Assembly: GCA_049968255.1 (NCBI GenBank)
Contig: JBMFRB010000001.1
Span: 455,433-519,432 of the forward strand
Source of the DNA: Candidatus Sumerlaeaceae bacterium
GTDB taxonomy: Bacteria > Sumerlaeota > Sumerlaeia > Sumerlaeales > Sumerlaeaceae
Reading direction: 5' to 3'
DNA: 64,000 nucleotides
Part shown: positions 39,920 through 49,873 of the stretch, in pieces
Layout: every line of letters starts with the position of its first letter
Numbering within the stretch: the stretch's first letter is position 1
The notes under the pieces: model-generated
What the model saw: the letters and a program-made list of their open reading frames with translations, nothing else
The model's database searches: none
What the model was told of the DNA's origin: nothing
Program-made: the position numbers and the translations under genes

Positions 39920-40972
39920 ATGAACATTTTGCGGAACATACTTTCTCCCCGTTATTCTCATCGACCAGGCGATCCCCTACTTGCAGTGCGCATGGATATT
40001 ACCAACAAGTGCAACCTCTTATGCAAAATGTGCGGCTACCCGCTGCAGGCCAAGGACCCAAAATTTGACATGCCGCCGTGGCTCATGCAGAAAATCGTGG
40101 AACAAGTGCTTCCTTTTGCCGAATGGGCCACGCTTTCCTGCCAATATGAACCCTTCATGAGTGCGTCTTTTGACGAAATTCTTGAGATTCTGCGCCAATC
40201 GCCTTGCCCTGTGGGGTTGACCACGAATGCGACCTTGCTCACGGAGCGGCGCGCACGTGTGCTCCTCCAGCACCCGACCATTCACGGGCTAAGCATCTCG
40301 TTTGATGGGGCGACAAAAGGAACATTTGAGAGAATTCGCGTCAATGCTCGGTGGGAGAAGGTTCTTGCAAATCTCGAACGGTTCGCAGCAGTGCGCTCTG
40401 AGCTGGATCCCCAACGCGAATTCCTTGTGCAATTCAACACTGTCTTGATGCGTAGCACCATCGGCGAGTTGCCCGATTTTGTTGCGTTATGTGCGCGGTT
40501 GGGTGCTCGCCGAATTGCAGCCATCCGTTACGTCCCGATTCAAAGCGGGCTCGATGAAGAAATTTCCAATTGGGAACCCCACATCGAAACCCTTTTGCAC
40601 GCGAAAAAGTTAGCACATCAATATGGTATCGAGTTATTACTTCCACTCACCGATCCGCGCATTTACTTGCCCGACGACACATCGGCAGAGCGCGGCGCCA
40701 ACGAGGCCCGCATTGGACGGTTTAGCAAGTTTTGCGAAGCACCGTGGCGCGGGCTGCAAATTTATCCCAATGGCGATGTCCACCCATGCCTCTATTATGG
40801 CGAACCGTTTGGCAACCTCGCCGAGCAAGATTTTCTCGAAATTTGGAATAGCCCAAAGTACAAAGAATTGAGACGGTCGTTGGCAGCAATGCACCTCCAC
40901 GCGCAATGTGCACGTTGCAACCCCCACGGTTATGACAACGTTGAGAAAAAAGCGCAAATTAACGTTTCCTAG
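39920..40972 (+). CDS. Radical SAM protein with a twitch/SPASM-type domain (paralog of 30204)
   Basis: VRMDITNKCNLLCKMC, CQYEP, CEAPW...HPC...CARCNPHGYDN. Confidence 0.9.
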   Translation: MNILRNILSPRYSHRPGDPLLAVRMDITNKCNLLCKMCGYPLQAKDPKFDMPPWLMQKIVEQVLPFAEWATLSCQYEPFMSASFDEILEILRQSPCPVGLTTNATLLTERRARVLLQHPTIHGLSISFDGATKGTFERIRVNARWEKVLANLERFAAVRSELDPQREFLVQFNTVLMRSTIGELPDFVALCARLGARRIAAIRYVPIQSGLDEEISNWEPHIETLLHAKKLAHQYGIELLLPLTDPRIYLPDDTSAERGANEARIGRFSKFCEAPWRGLQIYPNGDVHPCLYYGEPFGNLAEQDFLEIWNSPKYKELRRSLAAMHLHAQCARCNPHGYDNVEKKAQINVS

Positions 40973-41150
40973 CGTTTAGCGTTTAGGATCAAACTCCACC
41001 TTGATCCCGCAACCTTCGCAGGCATCTCCAACGAATACTTTTTGCAAGATGGTGCACTAGTGCATAGAAATTGGCATAACAGCCATGTAATTTCGTGGAT
41101 TGAGCAGCAACAAAAGCCAGCCAGCAAAATAAGGACCATTTTAGGCATCG

Positions 41151-43091
41151 ATGAACGGATTCAAGTCAGCCACCCTGTGGATCGTGATTTTCCTCGTTTT
41201 TATTCTCATGTTTATGCAGTATGGCGAACGCGAGCAGCCGAAAAAACTCGACCTGACGAAGGTAGTGGAGCTGGCGCAACAGAAGAAGCTCCTCAAAGTG
41301 GTGGATAAAGGCGGCAAGATTGAGGGCCAGTACCTTGACGCCGGCGACGCGAAAATTCAGTTCGTGGCGCAATACCTCCCAGGCCAGGAATCAAAAATTT
41401 TTGATATCATGACGCAAAACGGGGTGAATTACGTCGCCGATCCCACCTCGCCATTCCTTTCGCAACTCTTTTTCTCACTTGTTTTGCCTTTTGCTGTGAT
41501 CATGGGGCTGTGGTTTCTCATCATGCGCCAAATTCAGAGCGGCGGCAACAAGGCCATGAGTTTCGGCAAGAGCCGCGCAAAGCTTATCACGGAGGGGCAG
41601 ACGAAAGTCACATTCGAAGATGTGGCAGGTGTGGATGAAGCCAAGGAGGAGCTCAAAGAGATCGTCGAGTTCCTCAAGGATCCACAGAAGTTTGCACGTC
41701 TCGGCGGAAAGATTCCCAAGGGTGTGCTGCTCGTGGGTCCGCCCGGCACCGGGAAAACTCTTCTCGCTAAGGCCGTAGCTGGGGAGGCCAATGTGCCGTT
41801 TTTTGCCATTTCGGGTTCGGATTTTGTGGAGATGTTCGTGGGCGTGGGGGCAAGCCGCGTGCGCGATCTTTTCGAGCAGGCCAAAAAACACAAGCCATGT
41901 TTGGTGTTCATTGACGAAATCGATGCGGTGGGGCGTCACCGTTTCGCGGGTATTGGGGGTGGCCACGATGAGCGCGAGCAGACGCTGAATCAGTTGCTCG
42001 TGGAGATGGATGGTTTCAATTCCAATGAAGGCATCATTCTCATCGCCGCCACGAACCGGCCAGACGTGCTCGATCCAGCTCTGCTGCGACCCGGGCGGTT
42101 CGATAGGCAAATCACTGTCGATTATCCGGACGTGGTGGGACGCGAGAAAATTCTTCTCGTCCATGCACGGAAAGTGAAATTGGCCAAGGACGTGGATTTT
42201 AAGAAGCTGGCTAAGGCCACAGTGGGATTTTCCGGCGCAGATTTGGCGAACCTCATCAACGAGGCGGCCTTGCTGGCAGCTCGACGCAACAAGGACGAAA
42301 TCACCATGGATGAGCTGGAAGAAGCCAAAGATCGCGTGATGATGGGGCCGGAGCGACGGAGCCTTGCGCTTACCGACAAGGAAAAGCGGCTAACCGCTTA
42401 CCACGAGGCTGGCCACGCCGTGACGGGCCGATTGGTGAACACGGATGAACAGGTGCACAAGGTGACAATTGTTCCGCGCGGCCGGGCGCTCGGCGTGACA
42501 AGCTTCCTGCCTGGCGAAGAAAGATTCACCCAGTTCAAGTCCAAGCTAAAAGATAAACTTGTTTATATGCTAGGCGGACGAGTGGCGGAAGAAATCATTT
42601 TCGGCGACTTCACCACGGGTGCCGCGAATGACCTCCAGCGCGTGACCCAGATCGCACGTCGCATGGTGTGCGAATTCGGTATGAGCGAAGTGCTGGGGCC
42701 GCGAACGTTCGGCGAGAGTAATGCGCCCATTTTCCTCGGCCGCGATTATGGCTCGCTCGAGCGTGATTATAGCGAAGAAACGGCGCGACTTATTGACCGC
42801 GAGATTCAGCGCATTGTGGATGAGGCTCACGAGCGTGCGAAAAACTTGCTGACAGAGCATAAGGAGATTCTCGTGCGCGTGGCCGAAGCGCTCGTGGAGC
42901 GCGAGACACTTGATTCTTCGGACCTCGATAAATTGATGGCCGGTGAGCCCCTTTCTGACGTGACGAGCCAACCGCCAAGCCCCCCCGCGGTGCCAACGGA
43001 GATGGAGAATGCGAGCGAAGAGAAAAAAGCGCGCTCGCCTCGCATTTTTGACAAGTCCATCCTCGATCGGCCGTCTGAGGCCGCGAGCTGA
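41151..43091 (+). CDS. ftsH: ATP-dependent zinc metalloprotease FtsH
   Basis: Two TMs, [37 protein letters not shown]. Confidence 0.98.
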   Translation: MNGFKSATLWIVIFLVFILMFMQYGEREQPKKLDLTKVVELAQQKKLLKVVDKGGKIEGQYLDAGDAKIQFVAQYLPGQESKIFDIMTQNGVNYVADPTSPFLSQLFFSLVLPFAVIMGLWFLIMRQIQSGGNKAMSFGKSRAKLITEGQTKVTFEDVAGVDEAKEELKEIVEFLKDPQKFARLGGKIPKGVLLVGPPGTGKTLLAKAVAGEANVPFFAISGSDFVEMFVGVGASRVRDLFEQAKKHKPCLVFIDEIDAVGRHRFAGIGGGHDEREQTLNQLLVEMDGFNSNEGIILIAATNRPDVLDPALLRPGRFDRQITVDYPDVVGREKILLVHARKVKLAKDVDFKKLAKATVGFSGADLANLINEAALLAARRNKDEITMDELEEAKDRVMMGPERRSLALTDKEKRLTAYHEAGHAVTGRLVNTDEQVHKVTIVPRGRALGVTSFLPGEERFTQFKSKLKDKLVYMLGGRVAEEIIFGDFTTGAANDLQRVTQIARRMVCEFGMSEVLGPRTFGESNAPIFLGRDYGSLERDYSEETARLIDREIQRIVDEAHERAKNLLTEHKEILVRVAEALVERETLDSSDLDKLMAGEPLSDVTSQPPSPPAVPTEMENASEEKKARSPRIFDKSILDRPSEAAS

Positions 43092-43371
43092 TTGCTTGCG
43101 CCTGCTGCGGAATTTGGCTATGGTGGCGAAGTCGACCAATGCCAAGTCGCGCGAAGACATTTTGCGCCTTTCTGTCGGGAAACCACTACGTCTGTCGCAA
43201 CGCAGGCGCCGGATTCCGGTAGCGGCGCGCTGCAGAGGATGCTGCGCACCGCACAGCTGGGAGACGCTGGAAAACGACCTCCGGCAGTTATTCTTCGCGA
43301 CGTGGACATAAACATTGGGAAGACACTGAGATCAAGACCTCAGTGAAAGACCGCTCTCAGCGGTGTTTTAG

Positions 43372-44934
43372 CTAATCCACGCGGTAATGCGCGCCATACG
43401 ATCTGCGATTCTCCAGGGCCGCAAAAAGTACTGCCAAGGCGGCCTGGCAGCCATTGCGCAAGCCGATGATCTCATCGCTAAGACGAGCCCGCTCGTAGAA
43501 ATACTCGATTTCCGTTTGCAGCTCGCGCAGGATGCTCCGTGCACGTTTCATGCGCTTTGTTGTCCGGATCAGGCCGACGTAGTTCCACATTGTGTATTTG
43601 ATCGTAAGCCAATCTTGGAAAATGAGCGCAGGATCAACGGGCTCGTTCTCGTAGCGCCATGGCTCGATCGTGGGGAAATAATAGGACTCGCGACCGTTCT
43701 GGCTTATTTCTCGCGCGATGGAGCGTGCCGAATCCACCCCCCAGACCAATCCTTCGAGCAAAGAGGTGCTCGCAAGGCGATTCGCTCCGTGAACTCCTGT
43801 GCATGAAACTTCGCCGGCAGCGCGCAGACGCCGAATCGAGGTTCGGCCCTCAAGATCAACAGCAACACCCCCGCACGAGTAGTGGGCCGCCGGCACCACG
43901 GGGATTGGCTGCTTTGTCATGTCAATACCAACACTTAGGCATTTGGCATAAATGTTTGGGAAACGCCTGCGAATCCAATCGGCATCTTTCATAGTAATGT
44001 CAAGATAGACACAGGGTTCCTGATTTTCGAGCATTTCGGTGTGAATGGCACGGGCCACCACGTCGCGCGGTGCCAACGATCCTAAAGGATGATACTTCTC
44101 CATGAAGGACTCGCCGGTGCGGCGAATGAGCACGCCCCCTTCGCCACGCACGGACTCGCTGATCAGGAAACGCTCTCCGTCGCCATGATAAAGGGCGGTG
44201 GGGTGAAACTGAACGTACTCGAGGTTGAGAAGACGAGCACCCGCCCGATAGGCCATGGCGATGCCATCACCGCGTGCGCCTTTCGGATTTGTCGTGTGCA
44301 GGAACAGCTGACCGAGGCCACCGGTGGCCAGCAGAGTTTCGCGTGCCAGCAAGGTCTCCACGCGTCCTTCCTTTTGCAAAAAGATGTAGGCACCAACGCA
44401 TGTTGGTGGTTCATACGCATCGTTGGGACGCAGCGAGTGGTGCGAGATGGTCAGAAGGTCAAGCGCTGTGGCGTTAGAGATCACTCGAACGTTCGGCTTG
44501 GCGAGCACCTCTTCGACAAGCCGCTCCTCGATGGCTTTGCCAGTGAGATCGGCCACATGAATAATACGTCGGACGCTGTGAGCCCCCTCTTCGGTGGTGT
44601 CGAGCATATCGTTTGGCGTGCGATCGAAACGCACACCGAGCTTTTTGATGAGGATTTCTTCAACGTATTCGGGTCCGCGGGTGGCTAAGTGTCGAATGGC
44701 GGGCATGTGTCCGATCTCAGCGCCTGCACGGTAGATGTCCTGCGCGAGAAGGTCGGGACTGTCATTTTCCCCCTTGTAAATGATTCCGCCCTGAGCCCAT
44801 GCGGTGGCTGTGCATTCGGTCAGGGAGGGCCCTTTCGTGACAATAGTCACATCCAAGCCTGCTTCAGCGGCCACGAGTGCGGCCGAGCATCCCGCAATGC
44901 CTGAGCCTAAAATGAGAAAATCGGTCTTTTCCAT
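43372..44934 (-). CDS. nadB: L-aspartate oxidase
   Basis: GSGIAG, WAQGGI, EGAHSVRRIIH, QFHPT, LAPRDVVAR, HGANRLASTSLLE. Start moved to ATG 44934. Confidence 0.95.
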   Translation of the reverse strand: MEKTDFLILGSGIAGCSAALVAAEAGLDVTIVTKGPSLTECTATAWAQGGIIYKGENDSPDLLAQDIYRAGAEIGHMPAIRHLATRGPEYVEEILIKKLGVRFDRTPNDMLDTTEEGAHSVRRIIHVADLTGKAIEERLVEEVLAKPNVRVISNATALDLLTISHHSLRPNDAYEPPTCVGAYIFLQKEGRVETLLARETLLATGGLGQLFLHTTNPKGARGDGIAMAYRAGARLLNLEYVQFHPTALYHGDGERFLISESVRGEGGVLIRRTGESFMEKYHPLGSLAPRDVVARAIHTEMLENQEPCVYLDITMKDADWIRRRFPNIYAKCLSVGIDMTKQPIPVVPAAHYSCGGVAVDLEGRTSIRRLRAAGEVSCTGVHGANRLASTSLLEGLVWGVDSARSIAREISQNGRESYYFPTIEPWRYENEPVDPALIFQDWLTIKYTMWNYVGLIRTTKRMKRARSILRELQTEIEYFYERARLSDEIIGLRNGCQAALAVLFAALENRRSYGAHYRVD

Positions 44935-45035
44935 TTTACAGAATTTCTGCTTGCAACGCAGGAGGAAGAGCGCTGAAGGCACATGACCGCGTGCCCATCC
45001 TCGCATTCCCGCGCCCCCAAGCGCGAGGGAGCCTC

Positions 45036-45329
45036 CTATTTCTGCTTTGTGGTGACGGTAATTTCGCCGGAAGTCTTTTCCGGGATTGTGACTTTCTTGG
45101 TTGTGGCGTAACCCTTGCCTATCGGCTTCTCGAGATAGGGGCCTCCCGGTGGAAGTTCATACTCTGGACGAATTCGCGGGCACGCTTTTTGGGCCGGGGT
45201 GCGGAATGTGTGCTGCCAGACAACGCTCTCGCGCACGCAGGCGCGGCAACCGGAAAGTGCGAGCGTAAGGGTTGCCGCAAGAGCTACGAATCTGAAAACA
45301 TATTTCGCTTTGCCACTCATCGTCGCCAT
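45036..45329 (-). CDS. Small putative lipoprotein
   Basis: Hydrophobic signal ending LALSGC; AGAGG SD upstream. Confidence 0.6.
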   Translation of the reverse strand: MATMSGKAKYVFRFVALAATLTLALSGCRACVRESVVWQHTFRTPAQKACPRIRPEYELPPGGPYLEKPIGKGYATTKKVTIPEKTSGEITVTTKQK

Positions 45330-45481
45330 AACCTCTTTTTACCCTCTTTGCTGCTTTGAGCAGCTCAGTGTGATTTCGATCTCAAACCAACTAGCTTTTC
45401 CAAGAAAAACTTTTTCCGCAGGAGTCACTGTGGCTAGACATATGATGTGCTTTCGTGCTCCGCGCGCAACCGATCTCCCAT

Positions 45482-46420
45482 CTATCTTGCTTTAGCAAGC
45501 CGAAGCTCGACACGTGGAAAATGTGTCTGCTCTTTGAGCTCTCGGCATCGTCGCACAATGTCCTCGGGCTTGAGATGGGCAAGCCGCCCCAACGAAAACT
45601 CTTCCACAGTAAAGCTGGCCATAGCGGTTCCCACGATCACCGCCTTGCGGAATATGGATTCGCTCAGGCGATTGGCCCCAGCAATGTAACCAAGGAAACC
45701 GCCTGCAAATGTGTCGCCGGCGCCTGTGGGATCCTTGATAAGCTCAAGGGGATAGGCCGGCGCGGTGAAGTAGCTATCGCGGCTGAACATCAGACACCCA
45801 TGCTCGCCTTTCTTGATGATGACGCGTTGAGGGCCGAGCTTGAGGATCTGACGCGCTGCTTTCTGAAGATTCGGAGTGTCGCAGAGCTGACGAGCTTCCG
45901 CATCATTGAGCAACACGACATGGCAGCGGCGAATGACACGCAAGAGCTGCTCTTGCTTGCCTTCGATCCAATAATTCATCGTGTCCACAAGAGCCAGACG
46001 AGGCGTTTGGAGCTGCTCGAGGACTTCGTATTGCAGGTCAGGATCTATGTTACCGAGGAGCACGTAAGGAGTTTTACGCAGCGCCTCTGGAATTTGCGGA
46101 TGAAAATCGGCAAACACGTTGAGCCGCGTTTCGAGCGTGTGGGCCTGATTCATGTCGTATTCGTAGTAGCCACGCCAGCGAAACGTCTTTCCTTTCGGAA
46201 TAACCTGTAAGCCCGAGAGATCAATCTCGTGCTTTTCGAGCAGACGGCGGTATGTGTCGGGAAAATCCCCACCAATAACTGCGACGATGGCCGGTCGAGT
46301 GAAATACGAAGCGCTCACCGACGCATAGGCACAGCTTCCGCCCAAAGCTTCGGTCACTTCCCCGAAAGGCGTGCGGACGTTATCGAGCGCTACGCTTCCG
46401 ACAATCAGCATATTTCCCAT
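45482..46420 (-). CDS. PfkB-family carbohydrate/nucleoside kinase
   Basis: LGGS, NDAEA, KKGEHG, DPTGAGDTFAGG. Confidence 0.93.
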   Translation of the reverse strand: MGNMLIVGSVALDNVRTPFGEVTEALGGSCAYASVSASYFTRPAIVAVIGGDFPDTYRRLLEKHEIDLSGLQVIPKGKTFRWRGYYEYDMNQAHTLETRLNVFADFHPQIPEALRKTPYVLLGNIDPDLQYEVLEQLQTPRLALVDTMNYWIEGKQEQLLRVIRRCHVVLLNDAEARQLCDTPNLQKAARQILKLGPQRVIIKKGEHGCLMFSRDSYFTAPAYPLELIKDPTGAGDTFAGGFLGYIAGANRLSESIFRKAVIVGTAMASFTVEEFSLGRLAHLKPEDIVRRCRELKEQTHFPRVELRLAKAR

Positions 46421-46700
46421 AACGCTGCGATCAAAGCTCCTCTCGTGTTGGTCCAGTGCTGCTCACGGCAAAGCGATGGCACGTGCGAGTCAAGGACGGA
46501 AATTTTCGGTCGGGGAAAGGCCCGCTGTTGGCCACGTTGATCAGCCTAGCGTCAGAGTGAGATCGTTGATAGCACGGACTCCACCGTTGCGCTGGTAAAA
46601 AGCATTGTGCGAAAAGCGGTGCATAAAATTTTCAAAATCGTGTTTCTTGCAAATGAACCGAACCGGTACTGAATCGGAATTTCTTTAAGGAGAAAAAGAC

Positions 46701-46895
46701 ATGAAGCAGATTGCTGCGCTTGTGGTCACCTTAGCGCTTGTCGGTGGGGCTGTCAGCTCCGTATATGCCCACTGCGGCAAATGTGGGAAGGGAAAATCGG
46801 CAGATGAGCTGATGTCGGGGGCTGGCTCGGCTCAAAAGATGGGAAGCTGCTGCAAGGACAAGAATACGTCCGGAACAATGCAATTTGGCAAGTAA
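46701..46895 (+). CDS. Small secreted Cys-rich peptide
   Basis: TAAGGAG SD; signal peptide ending VYA; mature HCGKCGKGK...GSCCKDK; terminator downstream. Confidence 0.75.
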   Translation: MKQIAALVVTLALVGGAVSSVYAHCGKCGKGKSADELMSGAGSAQKMGSCCKDKNTSGTMQFGK

Positions 46896-46948
46896 ACTGC
46901 CTGCCCCTCCTGGGTGTCTGGCGCACTCTTGGGGCGGGAGAAGAAAGC

Positions 46949-46984
46949 AAAAGCCGGCGCATCCATCGGGATGCGCCGGCTTTT
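46949..46984. terminator. Bidirectional Rho-independent terminator
   Basis: Perfect 16-bp IR AAAAGCCGGCGCATCC-ATCG-GGATGCGCCGGCTTTT between convergent genes. Confidence 0.88.
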
Positions 46985-47019
46985 CTCATGAGAAGAGAAA
47001 AGGCAGCTGACCCGGATTG

Positions 47020-49104
47020 TTATTGCGGCCCGAGATAGGTCATTTTTGCCGCATCAGCTGAGACGTAGTCGTTCGGATCTGCCACGTTTGTGCTCACTTG
47101 GACAGCTGGAACGGAAATCCCTGAATTGAACCACCATTGACCAAGAGGGTTAAACTTACTGCCGTTGATGGTCTGATTTTGAGTAACTGTCGCCGTGCCG
47201 CCGTTATAGGTGATCGTGTATGGCACTGCTGTCGAACGATAGGTGTCGCTGGCCGCTACGTACCACACCGACGGCTCATAAACGCCGTTGACAGGGAGAT
47301 TGAATTTCCACGTCGCGGTTTTGAGGCTACCGGCTGCCTGAGCAACAAGGGAATTTGTGCCATAGTAGCCAGCGTTGACGCTCGTTGTCCATGTGCCAGT
47401 GGTCGCAAAATAGGCAGCCCCACTTGTGTTGTCCGAGACGAAATACGGAGCATTTGCTACCCAGGCTATACGCACAGCGTCGGCGCTCACGTACTGAGTG
47501 CTGCTGCCAATCGCATTCGAGACCGACACCACAGGATAGGTTCCCGCTTTGAGGCGGAAAGTGCCGAGCGAAACGAAGCGTTTTGCGCCGCCCGCGGAGT
47601 CCTGTTGATTGACGATGACGGTCTTATTGCCGCCTACGGCATACACTGTGTAAGGCACAGTGGCGCTGCGGTACGTCGAGTTCGAAGTCGTAAACCAGAC
47701 GCCGATCTCATAAACACCGTGGCGCGGAATCGTTGCCGTCCACGTAGCTGTTGCTGTGGCACTGCCGCTCGAACCCAGGGCCACTTTGCAATTTGTCCCA
47801 TAGGGATAACCAGATGTGGTGTCGCTCCACGTGCCAGTGGTGGAAAAAGCTCCCGCCGTGGAATTATCCACGATAATCGGGGTGAGAGGTGTAGGAGCCG
47901 TTGACGAGACGGGCTGGAACTTCACCGCGTCGGCGCAAACATAACTGCCGCTCGACGCCCGGTTGCTAATCTCAACATACCCTGAGGTTCCAGAATTGAA
48001 TTGGTAACGCCCAACGTAGACCCAGCACGCCTTGTTGATTCGCTGATTCACGTACACCGTGCTGGTACCTGTCGCGTGCACCACACGGTAGAGGGCAGAA
48101 TCAGTATTGAGGTACGGATCGGTCGGCGCCTGATACCAGGTGAATACGTCATAATAGCCGGTGGTGGGCAAGCTGGGGGTAAACCGAACCACAGCTGTTT
48201 CGGTTGCGGAGACGCTAGCCTGGCGATAATTGCTCCCATAATGTCCGTAGTTTGAAGTGGACGACCCAAGCGTGGACCACGTTCCGCTGCGCACGCTGAA
48301 GCCGGAGTCGGCGTTGTCGACGATGATTGGCCCGCCGGTGTCGGTTCCTGTGAAACCGCAAAGCGACTTGAAGCCGGCAAGTGTGATGTCAATTCCAACA
48401 CCGTAGCGCTTGAGCTCGAAGCGTGGGGTAGATTGGTAGTTTAGCCCACCTTGCGTCGTAAACGCTGCCTCGTAGCCAGCCGCTTGCGCTGCGGCGATCA
48501 CAGTGCTGTTGTAATCACCAAACGGATAAGCCAAGTAGCGGCATGTTTTCCCGAGGTTAGCCTCAATCGCCTGCTTTGAATTCACGAGCTCCGCGTTGAG
48601 ATTGCTGGTCTGAGTGAGGTAGGGATGGGTCACCGTGTGCGACTCGCAAGTCACCAGTCCCCATTTCTCGGTGAAGTTCAGCTCATTCCAGTCCCCGTGG
48701 TCGCGACTTGTCACCACGCCGACGTAACCCGTGTGGGCAAAAAAGCATCCGGGCATCACAAGTTCCTGCATGATAGGATGCGCAAACTCATGGTTGCCGA
48801 TATAGTTGTCGTCAAAGGTGAGGACGACAGCGTTTGTGGGAATTGTGGCGTTGCCCTTGTGCCATTCCACGAATTGGCTAATCGGGATCACGTTGTAGCC
48901 GCGCCGCGCGAGAAATTCAAGCATGTCGCGGAAATTGTCAGGATAGACGTCGGAGGTTGCAGCCACCTGCCCGTCATAAAACTTCGTTTCATGAAACATG
49001 AATACACGAGCACTTGTGCCCTGGGCATAAAGCTGATCAGGAATGCACGCACCGACAATGACGGCACATGCCAGAAGGAAGTGCAACGTTAACTTTAGAC
49101 GCAT
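47020..49104 (-). CDS. Secreted polysaccharide deacetylase (CE4) with three Golvesin/xanthan-lyase-CBD-like modules
   Basis: Signal peptide; LTFDD, ESHTVTHP, LAYPFG; three repeats IIVDN...GTW...Y.V..W...VNQ...W..LG.F...ADAV. Confidence 0.88.
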   Translation of the reverse strand: MRLKLTLHFLLACAVIVGACIPDQLYAQGTSARVFMFHETKFYDGQVAATSDVYPDNFRDMLEFLARRGYNVIPISQFVEWHKGNATIPTNAVVLTFDDNYIGNHEFAHPIMQELVMPGCFFAHTGYVGVVTSRDHGDWNELNFTEKWGLVTCESHTVTHPYLTQTSNLNAELVNSKQAIEANLGKTCRYLAYPFGDYNSTVIAAAQAAGYEAAFTTQGGLNYQSTPRFELKRYGVGIDITLAGFKSLCGFTGTDTGGPIIVDNADSGFSVRSGTWSTLGSSTSNYGHYGSNYRQASVSATETAVVRFTPSLPTTGYYDVFTWYQAPTDPYLNTDSALYRVVHATGTSTVYVNQRINKACWVYVGRYQFNSGTSGYVEISNRASSGSYVCADAVKFQPVSSTAPTPLTPIIVDNSTAGAFSTTGTWSDTTSGYPYGTNCKVALGSSGSATATATWTATIPRHGVYEIGVWFTTSNSTYRSATVPYTVYAVGGNKTVIVNQQDSAGGAKRFVSLGTFRLKAGTYPVVSVSNAIGSSTQYVSADAVRIAWVANAPYFVSDNTSGAAYFATTGTWTTSVNAGYYGTNSLVAQAAGSLKTATWKFNLPVNGVYEPSVWYVAASDTYRSTAVPYTITYNGGTATVTQNQTINGSKFNPLGQWWFNSGISVPAVQVSTNVADPNDYVSADAAKMTYLGPQ

Positions 49105-49362
49105 AGAGAATCTCCTTTGCTATTGGAATAGCGTCGCTGCCAAGCTCCGAGCGAGTTGCCCAACCATAGGCGCTTCGTCTGGCATTTGGCAGAAGAAGCG
49201 ATGGCCTTTTTTGAGCTGTGATGAGGAGGAATGAAAATGAAGCGATTACAAAATTACAATGCAAAATTCAACACTAAGCTAAAGTTTCCAAAGAGACATG
49301 TTCCTCATAAGATTCTAAATAACAATGGTTTGGGCCAGAATTTAGATCGGTTTGATGGTTGG

Positions 49363-49860
49363 TCAAAGCGACGAGGATTGCTTATTACATGGAGAGAACA
49401 ACTCGTTGAGCTTTTCATTGATAGCTTCCAACGAGCGTGTGGACGGTGTTCTTTTTGTCTTGTCGCCAAGGAGGATGCGAGCTTCTTCGACCAAGCCTTT
49501 GAGAGCCGCATCAAGAATCTTGTCGTCGCGGGCAACCAGGCAGAATGTGCAAACAAAGAGCCGGTCGTCCACTTCGATGAACCGAAAGACAGCTTGATTT
49601 GTGAGCATCCGGACAAGGAATTCGCGCCGATCGCTGTCCGGCATCACAGCGGAGATCGTCGAAAAGACGCCGGCGGCAGTTGCTCCCATTTGCTCTTCGG
49701 AGAGAGGCAGCTCGCCAGCATGACTGAGAATTGCCCCCGTTCGGTCGACTAACGCCACAGCGGTCAAGTGACCTTTTCGAACAAGCGCGCGCAACTGCTG
49801 TTCGATGCGCGCGAGCGCCTCGGGATCAACAAACACAATGTTTCGGCTTCGCGACGTCAT
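49363..49860 (-). CDS. mglB: Roadblock/LC7 protein, MglB-like
   Basis: AVALVDRTGAILSHAG roadblock pattern, C-terminal INEKLNELF helix, directly after mglA. Confidence 0.75.
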   Translation of the reverse strand: MTSRSRNIVFVDPEALARIEQQLRALVRKGHLTAVALVDRTGAILSHAGELPLSEEQMGATAAGVFSTISAVMPDSDRREFLVRMLTNQAVFRFIEVDDRLFVCTFCLVARDDKILDAALKGLVEEARILLGDKTKRTPSTRSLEAINEKLNELFSPCNKQSSSL

Positions 49861-49873
49861 GGAGCAAATGTTT

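Noticed and set aside
43120-43311. Small ORF after ftsH containing CRGCC
   Set aside because: No SD and no recognisable features; cannot be distinguished from chance.
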